Source: an uncultured Methanoregulaceae archaeon (GTDB taxonomy: Archaea > Halobacteriota > Methanomicrobia > Methanomicrobiales > Methanospirillaceae). Taken from it: 64,000 bases of DNA. A model generated the notes under the pieces. That model ran no database searches, was not told the DNA's origin, and saw only the letters and a list, made by a program, of their open reading frames with translations. The translations under genes and the position numbers were made by a program. The stretch spans positions 1,504,001 through 1,568,000 of the forward strand of contig CAVTTL010000001.1 of NCBI GenBank assembly GCA_963737635.1, given 5' to 3'. Below, in pieces: positions 20,379 through 31,900 of the stretch. The stretch's first letter is position 1, and each line of letters begins with the position of its first letter.

Positions 20379-20867
20379 ATGTTATCCAAAACGATGGAAG
20401 AATCCCTGAACCGCCAAATCAACCGCGAACTGTATTCTTCGTATCTCTATCTCGCGATGTCTGCATGGTTCGAGTCTATAAACTTCAAGGGATTTGCCGG
20501 GTGGATGATGGTCCAGGCAAACGAAGAGCGGGCCCATGGCATGAAACTTTATGATTATATCATTGCACGGCAGGGAAAGGTCGTTCTTGACACCATCGAA
20601 GCCCCAAAGGCAAAATGGTCGTCCACCGGTAAGGTTTTCGAAGAGGTGTATGCGCACGAGCAGAAGGTGACCGGCATGATACATGGACTTGTAGATCTTG
20701 CCATAAAGGAAAAAGACCACGCGACCTTCGAGATGCTCCAGTGGTTCGTAAAAGAACAGGTCGAAGAAGAGGCAAACGCTGCCTTGATTGTCGAAAAGAT
20801 CAAAGTTGTCGGGGATGTCCCGGGCCACCTTTTCTGTCTCGATCACGAGCTTTCAAAACGGAAATAA
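20379..20867 (+). CDS. ftn: Non-haem ferritin
   Basis: Ferroxidase motifs LNRQINRELYSSYLY, EERAH, HEQKVT and LQWFVKEQVEEE. Confidence 0.96.
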   Translation: MLSKTMEESLNRQINRELYSSYLYLAMSAWFESINFKGFAGWMMVQANEERAHGMKLYDYIIARQGKVVLDTIEAPKAKWSSTGKVFEEVYAHEQKVTGMIHGLVDLAIKEKDHATFEMLQWFVKEQVEEEANAALIVEKIKVVGDVPGHLFCLDHELSKRK

Positions 20868-20922
20868 CTATACCTCCTTTTTTTATCTTTTGCAGTCGTA
20901 TAAAACAAGACAACGGTCTGAT

Positions 20923-22302
20923 ATGCTTTCTGTGCTCATCATAGACGATGAGGAAGAAGTCCTCAATGTTACGCGGTTGTTCCTCGAGCGGTTCGGCGAT
21001 ATGGAGGTCCAGACCTCCCGCTCGGCCAAAGAGTCTCTCGCCCTTTTAAATAACCAGACCTTCGATGCCCTCATTGTCGATTACGATATGCCGGAAATAA
21101 ACGGGATCGAGTTTTTGAAGATCCTCAGGTCCAAAGGCGATGCGACCCCGGTGATTATCTTTACCGGTGTTGGAAGGGAGTACGCTGCCATCGAAGCGCT
21201 CAACAACGGTGCGAACTTTTACTTAAAAAAAAGCGAGGAGATCCGGCCGCAGTTCCGGGAGATGGTGCATATGATCCGGCGGGCTGTCGAAGGAAAAATG
21301 GTCGGCAGGGGCATCGGAACCGCCCAGAAGATCCTCAACGATGTGGTGCACTTTTTCTCCGACCCGGCTTTTGCGATAGACCGTGACGGAAAAGTGATCG
21401 CCTGGAACAAGGGTATGGCAAACCTTTCCGGGGTCGGGGCAGCGGATATGATGGGAAAAAAAGACCATGAGTATGCAGTGCCTTTTTTTGGGCGGAAGGT
21501 GCCGTTGCTCGTGGATATGGTCTTTGAAGATTCTACCGTCATCGAGAGGAACAATTATTCGGTCATTGCAAAGGAGGACAGAGAGATTACTGCATGGACA
21601 AAAGCGCCCGGTACCGATGGCGATGAGCGTATCCTGTGGATGAAAGCGACTCCCCTGTATGACGGGCGCGGGATCTTTATCGGTATTATCGGGGCCATGC
21701 GAGATATCACCCATACGGTAGGAACCGATCTTCTGCTCCAGCAGGCATCGGATGCGTCCGGAAAGATGGAAAAGCCCGGGGCTCCTCCAAGTGGCCGGGG
21801 AAAGATGTTTGACCGGCTGCTTGGCAAGTCAAAGTCGCATTATCAGGATGGTCTCCGGCTCTACTACCGGGAAGGGAAGTACGAAGATGCGATTGCCGCC
21901 TTTGACCGGACGCTTGAGATCGATCCCTCGCATGCCTTTGCGTGGCACGACCGCGGCGTATGCCTTCAGGCCCTTGAGAAAAACGAAGAGGCACTCGAAT
22001 CTATAACAAAAGCGCTTGAACTTGCGCCTGCCGATGAGGAAATCCTCTATACCTGTGGTACGACGCTCCAGAAACTGGGGATTCTCAGGGACGATCGCAG
22101 GATCCTCTCGGCCGCAGTGGATACCTACAACCGACTGGTGGAAAAGAACCCTTCGCATGCCGATGTCTGGAATAACATGGGTATCTGCGTCCAGGTGATG
22201 GGACGTGACGACCTGTCACGCCAGTACTTCGAGCGGGCACGGGATCTCAAGCGGTACAACAAGGACAGGAGCCGGAAGCGTAATCTCGATACTATTGTCT
22301 GA
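20923..22302 (+). CDS. REC-PAS-TPR response regulator
   Basis: Receiver (VLIIDDE, VDYDMP, FTGVGRE), PAS (PAFAIDRDGKVIAWNKG) and four C-terminal TPRs. Confidence 0.9.
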   Translation: MLSVLIIDDEEEVLNVTRLFLERFGDMEVQTSRSAKESLALLNNQTFDALIVDYDMPEINGIEFLKILRSKGDATPVIIFTGVGREYAAIEALNNGANFYLKKSEEIRPQFREMVHMIRRAVEGKMVGRGIGTAQKILNDVVHFFSDPAFAIDRDGKVIAWNKGMANLSGVGAADMMGKKDHEYAVPFFGRKVPLLVDMVFEDSTVIERNNYSVIAKEDREITAWTKAPGTDGDERILWMKATPLYDGRGIFIGIIGAMRDITHTVGTDLLLQQASDASGKMEKPGAPPSGRGKMFDRLLGKSKSHYQDGLRLYYREGKYEDAIAAFDRTLEIDPSHAFAWHDRGVCLQALEKNEEALESITKALELAPADEEILYTCGTTLQKLGILRDDRRILSAAVDTYNRLVEKNPSHADVWNNMGICVQVMGRDDLSRQYFERARDLKRYNKDRSRKRNLDTIV

Positions 22303-22358
22303 CCGCAAAGAACTTTAGATAGGTGACGCGACAATGATCCTCCGGGGATGATCCGGAA

Positions 22359-23465
22359 ATGAAAAGTACGGTATGGCTCGCCAGTCTCCGGGCACGTTCG
22401 GGAGATGAAAGTACCGAAGCAAAGGTACGAAAACTCTTCGAAGTAGCTGGTTTTTCATCCTGTGTCCATGCACGGGATCGTACAGCAATCAAGCTGCATT
22501 TCGGGGAGAAAGGCAACGATTCATTCATCAGCCCGGTCTATGTCCGGCAGGTGGTGGAAAAAGTAAAAGAGGCGAGCGCCCTGCCCTTTGTTACGGATAC
22601 GAATACGCTGTACCTCGGAAGCCGTTCGAATGCAGTCGACCATATCACGACCGCGGTACACCACGGGTTTGACTACGCGGTAATCGGGGCGCCGGTTATC
22701 ATTGCCGACGGTCTTAGCGGGAAGAATGTCGCCCATGTTGCGATCAATAAAAAACATTTCAAAACGGTCACGATCGCCGGTGATATCGTAGCTGCGGAGA
22801 GCATGATCGTGATGACCCATTTCAAGGGGCACGAGGTAGCCGGTTTTGGCGGAGCGCTCAAGAACCTCGCGATGGGTTGTGCACCCCCGCAAGGGAAACG
22901 GGCGCAGCACCAGGCAAAGCCTTTTTCAATCCGCGACAATTGCACTGGGTGCGGGCGGTGCGTTGAGGCCTGCCCGAAATCGGCAATCACGCTGGTGAGT
23001 GAGAAATCCTGTATCGACAAAAACCTCTGTATCGGCTGCTTTGAATGCATGACGGTCTGCCCGTCCCATGCGATCGATATCGATTGGGCGACCGAGATCC
23101 CTCTCTTCACCGAACGCATGATCGAGTACGCGTACGGGGCAGTGCGAGGCAAGACCGGCAGGGTTGGCTATATCAGTTTTCTCACCCGGATAACCCCGGA
23201 CTGCGACTGCGTGCCGTGGAGCGATGCGTCGATAGTCCCGGATATCGGTATCCTTGCTTCAAAGGACCCGGTAGCGATCGATGCGGCGGCCTGCGATCTC
23301 GTCAACCAACAGCCGGGATTCGCGGAATCGTTCCTTTCCCGTCATCGCAGCCCGGGCGAAGACAAGTTTACCGGGATGCGGCCGAATACGGACGGCCCGC
23401 GGCAGCTGCAATATGCCGAAGAACTCGGCATGGGTACCCGTGATTATGAGCTAATCAGGTTTTGA
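22359..23465 (+). CDS. DUF362 domain Fe-S protein with inserted 2[4Fe-4S] ferredoxin
   Basis: Motifs AIKLHFGE, HFKGH, GGALKNLAMGC, two CxxCxxCxxxCP and DCDC...DIGILASKDPVAID. Confidence 0.92.
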   Translation: MKSTVWLASLRARSGDESTEAKVRKLFEVAGFSSCVHARDRTAIKLHFGEKGNDSFISPVYVRQVVEKVKEASALPFVTDTNTLYLGSRSNAVDHITTAVHHGFDYAVIGAPVIIADGLSGKNVAHVAINKKHFKTVTIAGDIVAAESMIVMTHFKGHEVAGFGGALKNLAMGCAPPQGKRAQHQAKPFSIRDNCTGCGRCVEACPKSAITLVSEKSCIDKNLCIGCFECMTVCPSHAIDIDWATEIPLFTERMIEYAYGAVRGKTGRVGYISFLTRITPDCDCVPWSDASIVPDIGILASKDPVAIDAAACDLVNQQPGFAESFLSRHRSPGEDKFTGMRPNTDGPRQLQYAEELGMGTRDYELIRF

Positions 23466-23540
23466 TCTGCTATCCGGGTGCAGGAATGGTAAGACTCTGG
23501 GCGGTCAGAAAGGGCCGATCAGGTCACCACTTCCCAAATA

Positions 23541-24786
23541 CTATAAAATACTCAGAAACACTGCGTAGATCCCAATCTGGATAAGCGTCAGCGGTACCCC
23601 AACCTTGGCAAAATCCACAAAGGTGAGGATCTCTCCGCGTGCTTCGGCCTGCTGGATGATAATCACGTTGCTCGCTGCACCAAGAATTGTGAAGTTGCCG
23701 GAGATCGTGCTCCCGGCAGCAAGCGCCATGAGCCGGGCGGTCCCGCCCCCGGCCTGCAGGATGAGCGGCTGGAACAGCGCGACAAAGGGAACGTTCGAGA
23801 TGAACTGGCTGATGATAACGCTGGTTCCGAGGATCGCCGGGACTGAGGTTACTCCTGCGACGCCGGCAAGTGCCTGGAAAAAACCGGTCTGCCAGACGGC
23901 GGCCATCAACACAAACATCGCAGCAAAAAAGATGAGCGTTCTCCAGTCGATGGACCTGAGCACCGCGAACCTCTGCGTTGAGAAGAGGAGGACAGGGAGA
24001 GCGGCGGCAAGCCCGATCAGAGGCAGAGGAACGGCAAACACGCCGGTGATAAGTGACGAGATAATATTGGCAAGAGAAAGACCGATGAGGATTGCAAGAG
24101 AGCACTGGACGATCCGGGTGAGGGCAGGATCGGGCAGGTTTTCCGGAGCCGGCTTGCAGATAAACGCCGGTGTCCACTCTTTCCGGTAGTACAGGAAAAG
24201 CACGAGCCACGCTGCACCAAGGCTTGCGAGCGTCGGAAGAAGGAGCGATGTGGCAAACGTGACAAAAGGTGTATTCATCCCGCTGTTAACGGCAATAAGC
24301 AGGTTCTGTGGATTCCCGATCGGGCTTGCCACGCTGCCGGTCGTGATTGCAAATGCAAGGGTAAGAAGCATCAGTTTTACCGGGATGCGGCACCGGATCG
24401 CAAGCCCCAGTACAAGAGGGGTGCCGATGATCGCAAGCGTATCGTTCATGAGCAGTGCAGAAAGTACGCCGAACCCGAAAAGTACCAAAAAGACAATCTC
24501 TCCGGGGGTATGTGCATGGCGGAAGAGGCGGTGGGCGAACGTATCGAGATAGCCGCTCCGGTAGAGCGTTTCCCCTACAACAAACATGCAGAACAGAAAG
24601 ACCATCACATCGGGATTGATTGCAGCGAGGGCATCGGATAGTGCGATCTGGTCCAGGAGAAGGACTGCGATCGCTCCACCGAGCATGATCTGCCAGATCC
24701 GAAGCGGGAACCGAACCGTCTGCCTTACAGCGATGAGGAGAAAAACCGCTGCAAGGACAATGATTGCGATATACGTAGGAGATCAT
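23541..24786 (-). CDS. ArsB/NhaD/SLC13-type anion permease (frameshift just after the ATG)
   Basis: Motifs LSALLMNDT, GSVASPIGNPQN, SQFISNVP and GNFTILGAASN. The first TM (IAIIVLAAVFLLIAVR) is in frame upstream of the track start. Confidence 0.88.
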
Positions 24787-24871
24787 TTCCAGATACCGCT
24801 TGATGAGTCTTAGCATCCGGATGAACCGCTGCTGGTAAACAGAAGAAAGGAGAACGAATCAAAATACCTTG

Positions 24872-25552
24872 TTAATGCCGTTTAACCGTCCAGTGCACGA
24901 TGATCCCATCATCCATACGGGTAACATCCGCGAGTTCGAGCCGGGCAAAATCGGCCTCGCGCACCCAGCCCGGGCCATCTGCAAGAGTCGGTGCATCCTC
25001 CCCACCGATGATCATGCTCCCGATATACGTGTAGATCTCGTCTACGAGGCCGGTTTGGAGCAGCCCGGCGATCAGCGTTCCTCCGCCTTCAACCATCAGG
25101 TGCCGGATACCCATCGTGCCGAGTTTGTCAAGTACCCGATGGAGATCCACCGAGGTTTCCCCGGCGACAATGACGGTTGCCTTTGTCCGGAGCGCGCTGA
25201 CCCGATCCGGATCCGCCCGCTCTGCCACAGCGATCACGCGCGTGCCCTCTCCTTTGGTGAGAACTGCAGCATCCGGGGGCGTCCGCGCATCACTGTCAAT
25301 AACAATCCGGACCGGGTGCTCCGGTCTTCCACTGCGCTGCCGTTCGCGTTTGTAGTCCGGGTTCTTTATCGTAAGCGAAGGATCGTCGGCAATGATGGTG
25401 CCTATGCCAACCATAACCGCATCGCAACCAGCCTTGAGCCGGTCAACACGGGCAAAATCCTCCGTGCCTGAGATCTTCACTTGCCGGCGTTCATGGGTCG
25501 ACAGTTTTCCGTCCGCACTCATCGCCACGTTGACTACTACAGAGGGGCGCAT
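24872..25552 (-). CDS. arfC: 2,5-diamino-6-ribosylamino-4(3H)-pyrimidinone 5'-phosphate reductase (riboflavin synthesis)
   Basis: RibD reductase domain (AMSADGK, DAVMVGIGT..DDPSL, LMVEGGG) without a deaminase domain. Confidence 0.92.
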   Translation of the reverse strand: MRPSVVVNVAMSADGKLSTHERRQVKISGTEDFARVDRLKAGCDAVMVGIGTIIADDPSLTIKNPDYKRERQRSGRPEHPVRIVIDSDARTPPDAAVLTKGEGTRVIAVAERADPDRVSALRTKATVIVAGETSVDLHRVLDKLGTMGIRHLMVEGGGTLIAGLLQTGLVDEIYTYIGSMIIGGEDAPTLADGPGWVREADFARLELADVTRMDDGIIVHWTVKRH

Positions 25553-25705
25553 ATCAATACTATTCTTGCTGTGGTAATTTTATATCCTTTAGCACACCCG
25601 GAGGCGCCGGAATATACACTCCGTTCCTGTATCATCGAAAATGGGTGCGATCCGTGAATATTTACGCAAAGAATGTCCAAACTGGCCGTACCAAAGGGCT
25701 GCCGT

Positions 25706-26674
25706 ATGTTTCTTATCGAGATAAAAAACTTAAGTAAACGATTCGGGAATCTCGCTGCAGTGGACAACCTCAGCCTTGATATCGGAGAAGGAGAGGTCTT
25801 TGGCCTACTTGGCCCTAACGGGGCGGGAAAAACAACGACTCTCCTTATGCTGACCACCCTCGTCCGGCCAACTTCGGGTACAGCGATCGTGAATGGTTTT
25901 GATATCGTTACGCAGCCTGACTTGGTGAGAAAGTCGATAGGTATTGTCTTCCAGGATCCAAGCTCAGACGAGACTCTTACCGGATACGAAAACCTGGAAC
26001 TGCACGGCTTGCTCTACGATATGCCCTTCGATCTCCGTAAAAAGCGTATATCTGAAGTCCTTGACCTTGTCGATCTTACGGGCAGAAAGGATGACGTAGT
26101 AAAGAAGTACTCCGGGGGGATGAGGCGGAGGCTCGAGCTGGCACGTGGCCTGATGCACCATCCGAAGATCCTTTTTCTCGATGAGCCGACGCTTGGGCTC
26201 GATCCCCAGACCCGTGAGCATATCTGGGAATACGTGAAGAAACTGGCAAAAGAGAAGAATATCACGATCATTATCACCACCCACTACATGGACGAAGCAG
26301 ACCGTCTCTGCAACCGGATTGCAATTGTGGACACCGGAAAAATTGCGGTTCTTGGTCCACCGGCACAGCTTAAACAAGAGCTGGGTGGGGATATCATCCT
26401 CCTGAAAGCAAAGAGCTGCGACGTGGAAGCCCTTAAAAAACTAACATTTGTAAAAAGTGTCCTGTCTCATGCGGACGGGATTAGCATCACGGTGCAGGAT
26501 GCAGGCAGGCACCTACAGGAGATCCTCATCAGGGCTGGTCCTGTGGATTTTGTCGAAGTGAGACCGATAACCTTGGAAGATGTGTTCCTGCACCATACGG
26601 GAAGAGCGATCCGGGAAGGAACACCGGAAGGCAGCTGGGCAGAAAAAGCGATGCAGGCAGGATCGAGACGATGA
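25706..26674 (+). CDS. ABC transporter ATP-binding subunit (DrrA-like)
   Basis: Walker A GPNGAGKT, signature YSGGM, LDEPT and TTHY. Confidence 0.95.
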   Translation: MFLIEIKNLSKRFGNLAAVDNLSLDIGEGEVFGLLGPNGAGKTTTLLMLTTLVRPTSGTAIVNGFDIVTQPDLVRKSIGIVFQDPSSDETLTGYENLELHGLLYDMPFDLRKKRISEVLDLVDLTGRKDDVVKKYSGGMRRRLELARGLMHHPKILFLDEPTLGLDPQTREHIWEYVKKLAKEKNITIIITTHYMDEADRLCNRIAIVDTGKIAVLGPPAQLKQELGGDIILLKAKSCDVEALKKLTFVKSVLSHADGISITVQDAGRHLQEILIRAGPVDFVEVRPITLEDVFLHHTGRAIREGTPEGSWAEKAMQAGSRR

Positions 26675-27441
26675 GCGATCTTCGGGGGATATACGCGCTC
26701 TGGTACCGGGAATTCAAGGTCTTTTCGCGTGAGCGGTCCCGGCTTGTGGCATCCATAGCAAGTCCTGTCCTGTGGCTCCTGATAATCGGTGGCGGCCTCG
26801 GGTCGGTACTCTCGTTTGGCGGAATCAATTTCCTCAGTTTCCTCTTTCCCGGGATACTCCTTCAGACAGCGCTCTTCTCTGCAGTCTTTTTTGGCGTGTA
26901 TATCGTGTGGGATAAGAGGATCGATTTTCTTAAGGAGGTGCTGGTCTCCCCCTTGTCGCGGACCTCCATTTTCGTGGGGAAAATCCTTGGTGGATCCACT
27001 GATACCATCATCCAGATTGCAATCTTGTTCGTGTTCGGGTACCTGTTTTCCACTCTGGGTATTATCGTGGACATCACGTTTTCATTGGTAACGGTGACCA
27101 TTTCACTCGTCTTCCTTCTCGTTACAACGGTCGGGCTTGTCAGTATTGGCCTTATCCTCGGCTCCCAGATGGAGAGCCCGGAAGGGTTCCAGCTGGTCAG
27201 CAGTTTTCTTGTGACCCCCATGTTCTTCCTCTCGGGCGCCCTTTTTCCTATCAATAACCTCCCCGGGTGGCTCACACCGTTTGTATTGGCTAACCCGGCC
27301 ACCTATGCGGTCGACGGCCTCCGCGGGACCTTGTTCGGATTGCACCAGTTCGCCATTGGTCTTGATTTCCTCATTGTCTGTATTTTTTCCGGGGTCATGA
27401 TTCTGATCGGGACGTACTCTTTCAAATATATGCGGCTTTGA
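26671..27441 (+). CDS. ABC-2 type permease (DrrB-like)
   Basis: Six TMs with FLFPG, FLKEVLVSP, FFLSGALFP and NPATYAVD. ATGA overlap with the ATPase gene. Confidence 0.94.
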   Translation: MSDLRGIYALWYREFKVFSRERSRLVASIASPVLWLLIIGGGLGSVLSFGGINFLSFLFPGILLQTALFSAVFFGVYIVWDKRIDFLKEVLVSPLSRTSIFVGKILGGSTDTIIQIAILFVFGYLFSTLGIIVDITFSLVTVTISLVFLLVTTVGLVSIGLILGSQMESPEGFQLVSSFLVTPMFFLSGALFPINNLPGWLTPFVLANPATYAVDGLRGTLFGLHQFAIGLDFLIVCIFSGVMILIGTYSFKYMRL

Positions 27442-27788
27442 TCCGGAGAACCGGTGAGAAATTATTAAAAGTGCACGACAATCAGGAATTTTCACCAAAA
27501 TAAATTTCCCCGGAGTAATCTACGTATTTCTTGATCGTGCTCTAAATGAGCTATTTTATCAATAGTTTTTTGCTCTCATCAGCTATCTTTGTATTATTAA
27601 ACGATCTCAAATATATTCAAAACCTCTGGAAATTATCTTTTTTTTAAGTGTTGGAGCATTTGTTGAAGCTGATTTTTCAGATACATGAAACGTTATTTTT
27701 TGTAGAGGAGATACTGAAGGAGGTTTACATGAATTTCTCCCAAATGTATTTATGTATTTGACTCATTTTTTTTATTTAAGAGAATAAT

Positions 27789-28853
27789 ATGGCAATCTCC
27801 TCTACAGACAATTTACGAAAATTGCTTGGGAATATTAAATCTCTTGGTTTTCTTGATAGATTATTTGGCTGGAGCCAAATCGAGGAATTAAATTCTGTAG
27901 CCTATACAGAATTTCAGATTATAATCAACGAATTGGAGGCGGTATATGTACAAAATAATCAGGCCCAGATCCAGATTCGTCAGATATATAATGACTTAGA
28001 GAACCAAAAAAACCAGTATTTCCAATTAAAAACAGATAATGACGCACTAAGAAATTCCACAGGAAATATTTATGATGTGTTAATGAACCGGGAAAATGAA
28101 CTTGGTGCACTCAAAGAATCAGAACTGCGAAATGTTAAGCGGCTTATTGAATTAGAAAAAGAATGCGAGCGGCTGAGAGCAATAATAGATCAATATATCC
28201 AATTATTTCAGGAAAAGGAAAATGAATTGAATATATTAAAAGAAGCTGATTCAAAAAATACTCAAAGGATTATAGAACTGAATAGAGAGTCTGATAAGTT
28301 ACAATCTGCAATTGAGCAATTTACCCAAACATTACATTTGAAAAGCTCCGATCTTGACACGTTAAAAGAATCAGATTCTAAAAGCACTAAAAGAATTGTA
28401 CGAAGTCACGTAATGACCAGGAATTCCGAAAATTCCAGCGAAAAACGCATCCTTCTGGTTGAAGACGATTCAAATTTCTCAAAAATGCTTGAGGACTTGC
28501 TGAAGGAAATCGGCTATACGGTGGTCGGGATCGCCGTGAGCGGCGAGGAGGCGATCGCCATGGCCGGTGGGGAGAGTCGGCTGGACGTAATCCTTATTGA
28601 CATCCACATTGAGGGGGAAATGGACGGCATCGAGACAGCGCGAGAGATCAAGGGGCTGTACGGCACTCCTACCATTTTTATGACTGCTCAAGCGGATGAC
28701 GAGACCATCCGGCGGGTTGTGATGATGACAGAGTCCGAGGGTTATCTGGTCAAGCCTATCAACCGACAGGAACTCTTTGCGAATATCGAGATTGCCATCC
28801 AAAAAAAGCGCAAGAATGATGCATTCATAGAGCGGCGGGCTGCAACAAACTAG
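27789..28853 (+). CDS. Coiled-coil protein fused to a CheY-like receiver domain
   Basis: AT-rich heptad-repeat N-terminal part. GC-richer C-terminal part with ILLVEDD, ILIDI, MDGIE, FMTA and YLVKP. Confidence 0.85.
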   Translation: MAISSTDNLRKLLGNIKSLGFLDRLFGWSQIEELNSVAYTEFQIIINELEAVYVQNNQAQIQIRQIYNDLENQKNQYFQLKTDNDALRNSTGNIYDVLMNRENELGALKESELRNVKRLIELEKECERLRAIIDQYIQLFQEKENELNILKEADSKNTQRIIELNRESDKLQSAIEQFTQTLHLKSSDLDTLKESDSKSTKRIVRSHVMTRNSENSSEKRILLVEDDSNFSKMLEDLLKEIGYTVVGIAVSGEEAIAMAGGESRLDVILIDIHIEGEMDGIETAREIKGLYGTPTIFMTAQADDETIRRVVMMTESEGYLVKPINRQELFANIEIAIQKKRKNDAFIERRAATN

Positions 28854-28994
28854 GATGGCTGTTGCACGTGCCTGCCTATATTACAGGTCTTCTCTTCGAA
28901 GCTTGGCGGCTTGCAAGGCTCCGCCAAGTTATCGGGAGCTGCGGCATTCGCGAGCAACGTGAATAATATCGAACACCTTTTTACAGATCTTCAT

Positions 28995-31900
28995 TCAGGA
29001 GAGACGGCACGCACATTTCGGAACTATAATCTCGAACCGGGCGCCTTTGCCCAGCTCACCGGTCTCCCGCATGGTCATGCCGGTAATGGTGAGAATCTCC
29101 CGGCAAAGGAATAATCCAAGCCCGGTATTTTTCCCAAATCCTTTCTCAAATATTTTATCTTTCTCATCATCCGGGAATACCGGAGCCGTTGTCCTCCCAT
29201 ACCACCACCAGCCCTTCGTTTGATTGACGGGACGATACCTTGATCTCTGTTACCTTCTGGCCGTGCCGGATGGAATTATCCAAGAGATTGAAGAACACTT
29301 TTTCAAGCATCGGATCTGCGTATAGTTCAACTCCCCGGAGATCTACGGTAAGTGTGATAGAGTCCGGGATGCGTAAATACCTGATGAGTTTGTCCGGTTC
29401 CTGCCATTTTGGTTCGGAGATCCCGATATTCTGGTAGGTCTGGGTATCCGTGATCAGGCACTGAATCGCTATTGAAGTATCTTCCAGTTCGCTGATATAA
29501 TGTGCCAACGCGGGATTCGGAAATTTCATGCGCAGTATACCAAGGTATCCAATGAGAGCGGAGACCTTGTTGAGGATATCGTGCCGGGTAATGCTGGTCA
29601 TCAGGTTGAGCCGGATGTTTGCCTGCCGTAGCGCCTCCTCCACCAGTTTGCGTTCAGTGATATCTGAGAAGACTGTGGCAAACTGGTTTTTCTTGGGGGA
29701 ATATACCGAGATCCGGAAATATTTCTGAAGCGAGGGGAAATACGTTTCAAAGGTTTCCGGTTTACCGGTGTCTGCGACCCGTGCATATACGTCGAGATTT
29801 TGGGGCTCTGTTGTGTTGTACGCTTCCCGGCTGGTCTTTCCGATCACTGAGGTACGGCTGATACCAAGCTGGCGTTCGAACGAACCATTAACCTCGAGGA
29901 TCCGGTAGTCTGATACTTTTTTATTACCATCAAAAATGATCTCGTGCAAGGCCAAACCATCGTCCGTATTGTTGAAGGGGAGGAGGAGCTGTTCCCTCTC
30001 CAGCAGGGTGTCTTCGACCAGCTCGCGTTCTGTAATATTCCGGATCGACAGAAGATCTGCAGTTTTGCCCTTATACACGATAGCCTTGCCAATACTCTCC
30101 ACGTGGATTTTTTTCCCTTGTGCCGATATGATCGAATAGTGGGCAAGGCAGGCGTCGTGTCCTTGGGAGAGCTGCATAAGGTCCCTTGCTGCATCTTCCC
30201 GGGATTCCGGGGCGATAAAGTCTATAACTTTCCTACCGACCAATGAGTCATAGTCATTGGCCTCAATTGTCCGGACCGCCGCATCGTTTGCGAAAAGAAT
30301 CATTCCCTCTAAATCAATTATCAGGATGGCTTCGGGTGAATGCTTTACAAGCGACCTGAACTTCTCCTCACTGTCCAGAAGCATTTTTTCGGCCGTTTTT
30401 CTCTCGGTAATATCGAGTAAAACACCTGAGTATACCAGTTCATTTCCATGTACTACTGGACTTACTTTGCTGCAAAACCAGATAGTCTCCCCCGAGGGTT
30501 TTACGAATCTGCCCTCAAAATTCCAGGACTCAGCCTTCTTCTGGCTATCATTGACTGATTCGATGAACCGGTCCCGGTCATCCGGATGAACGTGGCCGGT
30601 AAACCACCGAAAGAAATCCTTATTCGAATTGTCGAACCCAAAAATGATTTCAGCGGCATGTTCATTGACAAAATGGACACCCCTCTCGCCGTTGGGACGG
30701 ATATCAGTACTGGAAGATAACCCCGGGAACCATCGACTGTGATCTCTTCGATCTTCTGCCAGAGATCCCTTAGTTCGTCCCGTGTGGTGGGAAGTTGATC
30801 ATTCATTGCCCGGAGCGAGAGTTCGATCTGTTTACGCTCAGTGATATCCTGGATTACTCCAAAAACCACCCGGTGTTCTGCGTCATAAGCCGCTACAGAA
30901 TGGATATCCCGCACTGCCCAGTCATTCACGCGCTGGATTTTATATTCCAGATTGTAGGGTTTACCTTGCGTTATCAGAGATTGAAGGGTCTCGTCCAGAG
31001 CTTGGCGGTATTCCGGCAACGTGATTTGCTGAGCTGCTTTTGTTGATATTAGAAGGTTTTTCGTGCCGTAAATTGCTCCCGCACCATCAGAGCATATCAT
31101 AGTTCCGGAATCCAGGTCGAGCTGCCAGTGGCCGAAATGTGCTATCATTTCCGCTCGTTGCAAACGGACTTCACTTTCCTGTAGCGCTTTCTCAGCGGTT
31201 CTCTGAGGAGTAATGTCACAAATCGATTCAATCGCACCGACAATATTTCCCTTATTGTCCTGAATAGGGGAGACTTTACAGGATAGAATCCTGGAGAGCC
31301 CCATCAGCTTCGTGAATCGCGTCTCTGCTCTCATAACGTTCCCTTCCTCTTTCAGAAGGCGCGAATAGCGGTTTTCAATATCCGCATCGGAATTGAAGAC
31401 CAGATCAATGAGGATAGGACAACGTTCTCCATAGAGAGGTAGAGCATATTCATAGTTATCCTTGCCGAGCATATCGATAGCTGAAATACCGGTCATCTCT
31501 TCGATCGCTTTATTCCATGCGATTATGATCCCCTGTTTATCGATGGCAAAGGTAGCATCCGGCAGGAAGGTGAAAAGGTCGTAGGCCCATTGATTGTAAT
31601 TTATTCGGGCCTGCTCGCTGTTATTTCGTTGCACGGCCATTCTGATCTTATGTTCGAGCTCGGCAAGCTGCGATCGTGCATCTTCGCCTTTCTGAATATA
31701 AAAATCCACACCGGTGTCAATCGCTTGGATGACCACATCCTCTCGTCCTCTACCGGTGAATAGGATGAAAGGCAAATCGCCGAACTTCGATCGGACGATC
31801 TTAAGGAATTCGATGCCATTTATCCCTGGCATCTGGAAATCTGATACTACGGCATTGTATGCCTTGTTCATCAGGGCGTCAAGTCCGTCCTGTGCTGATA

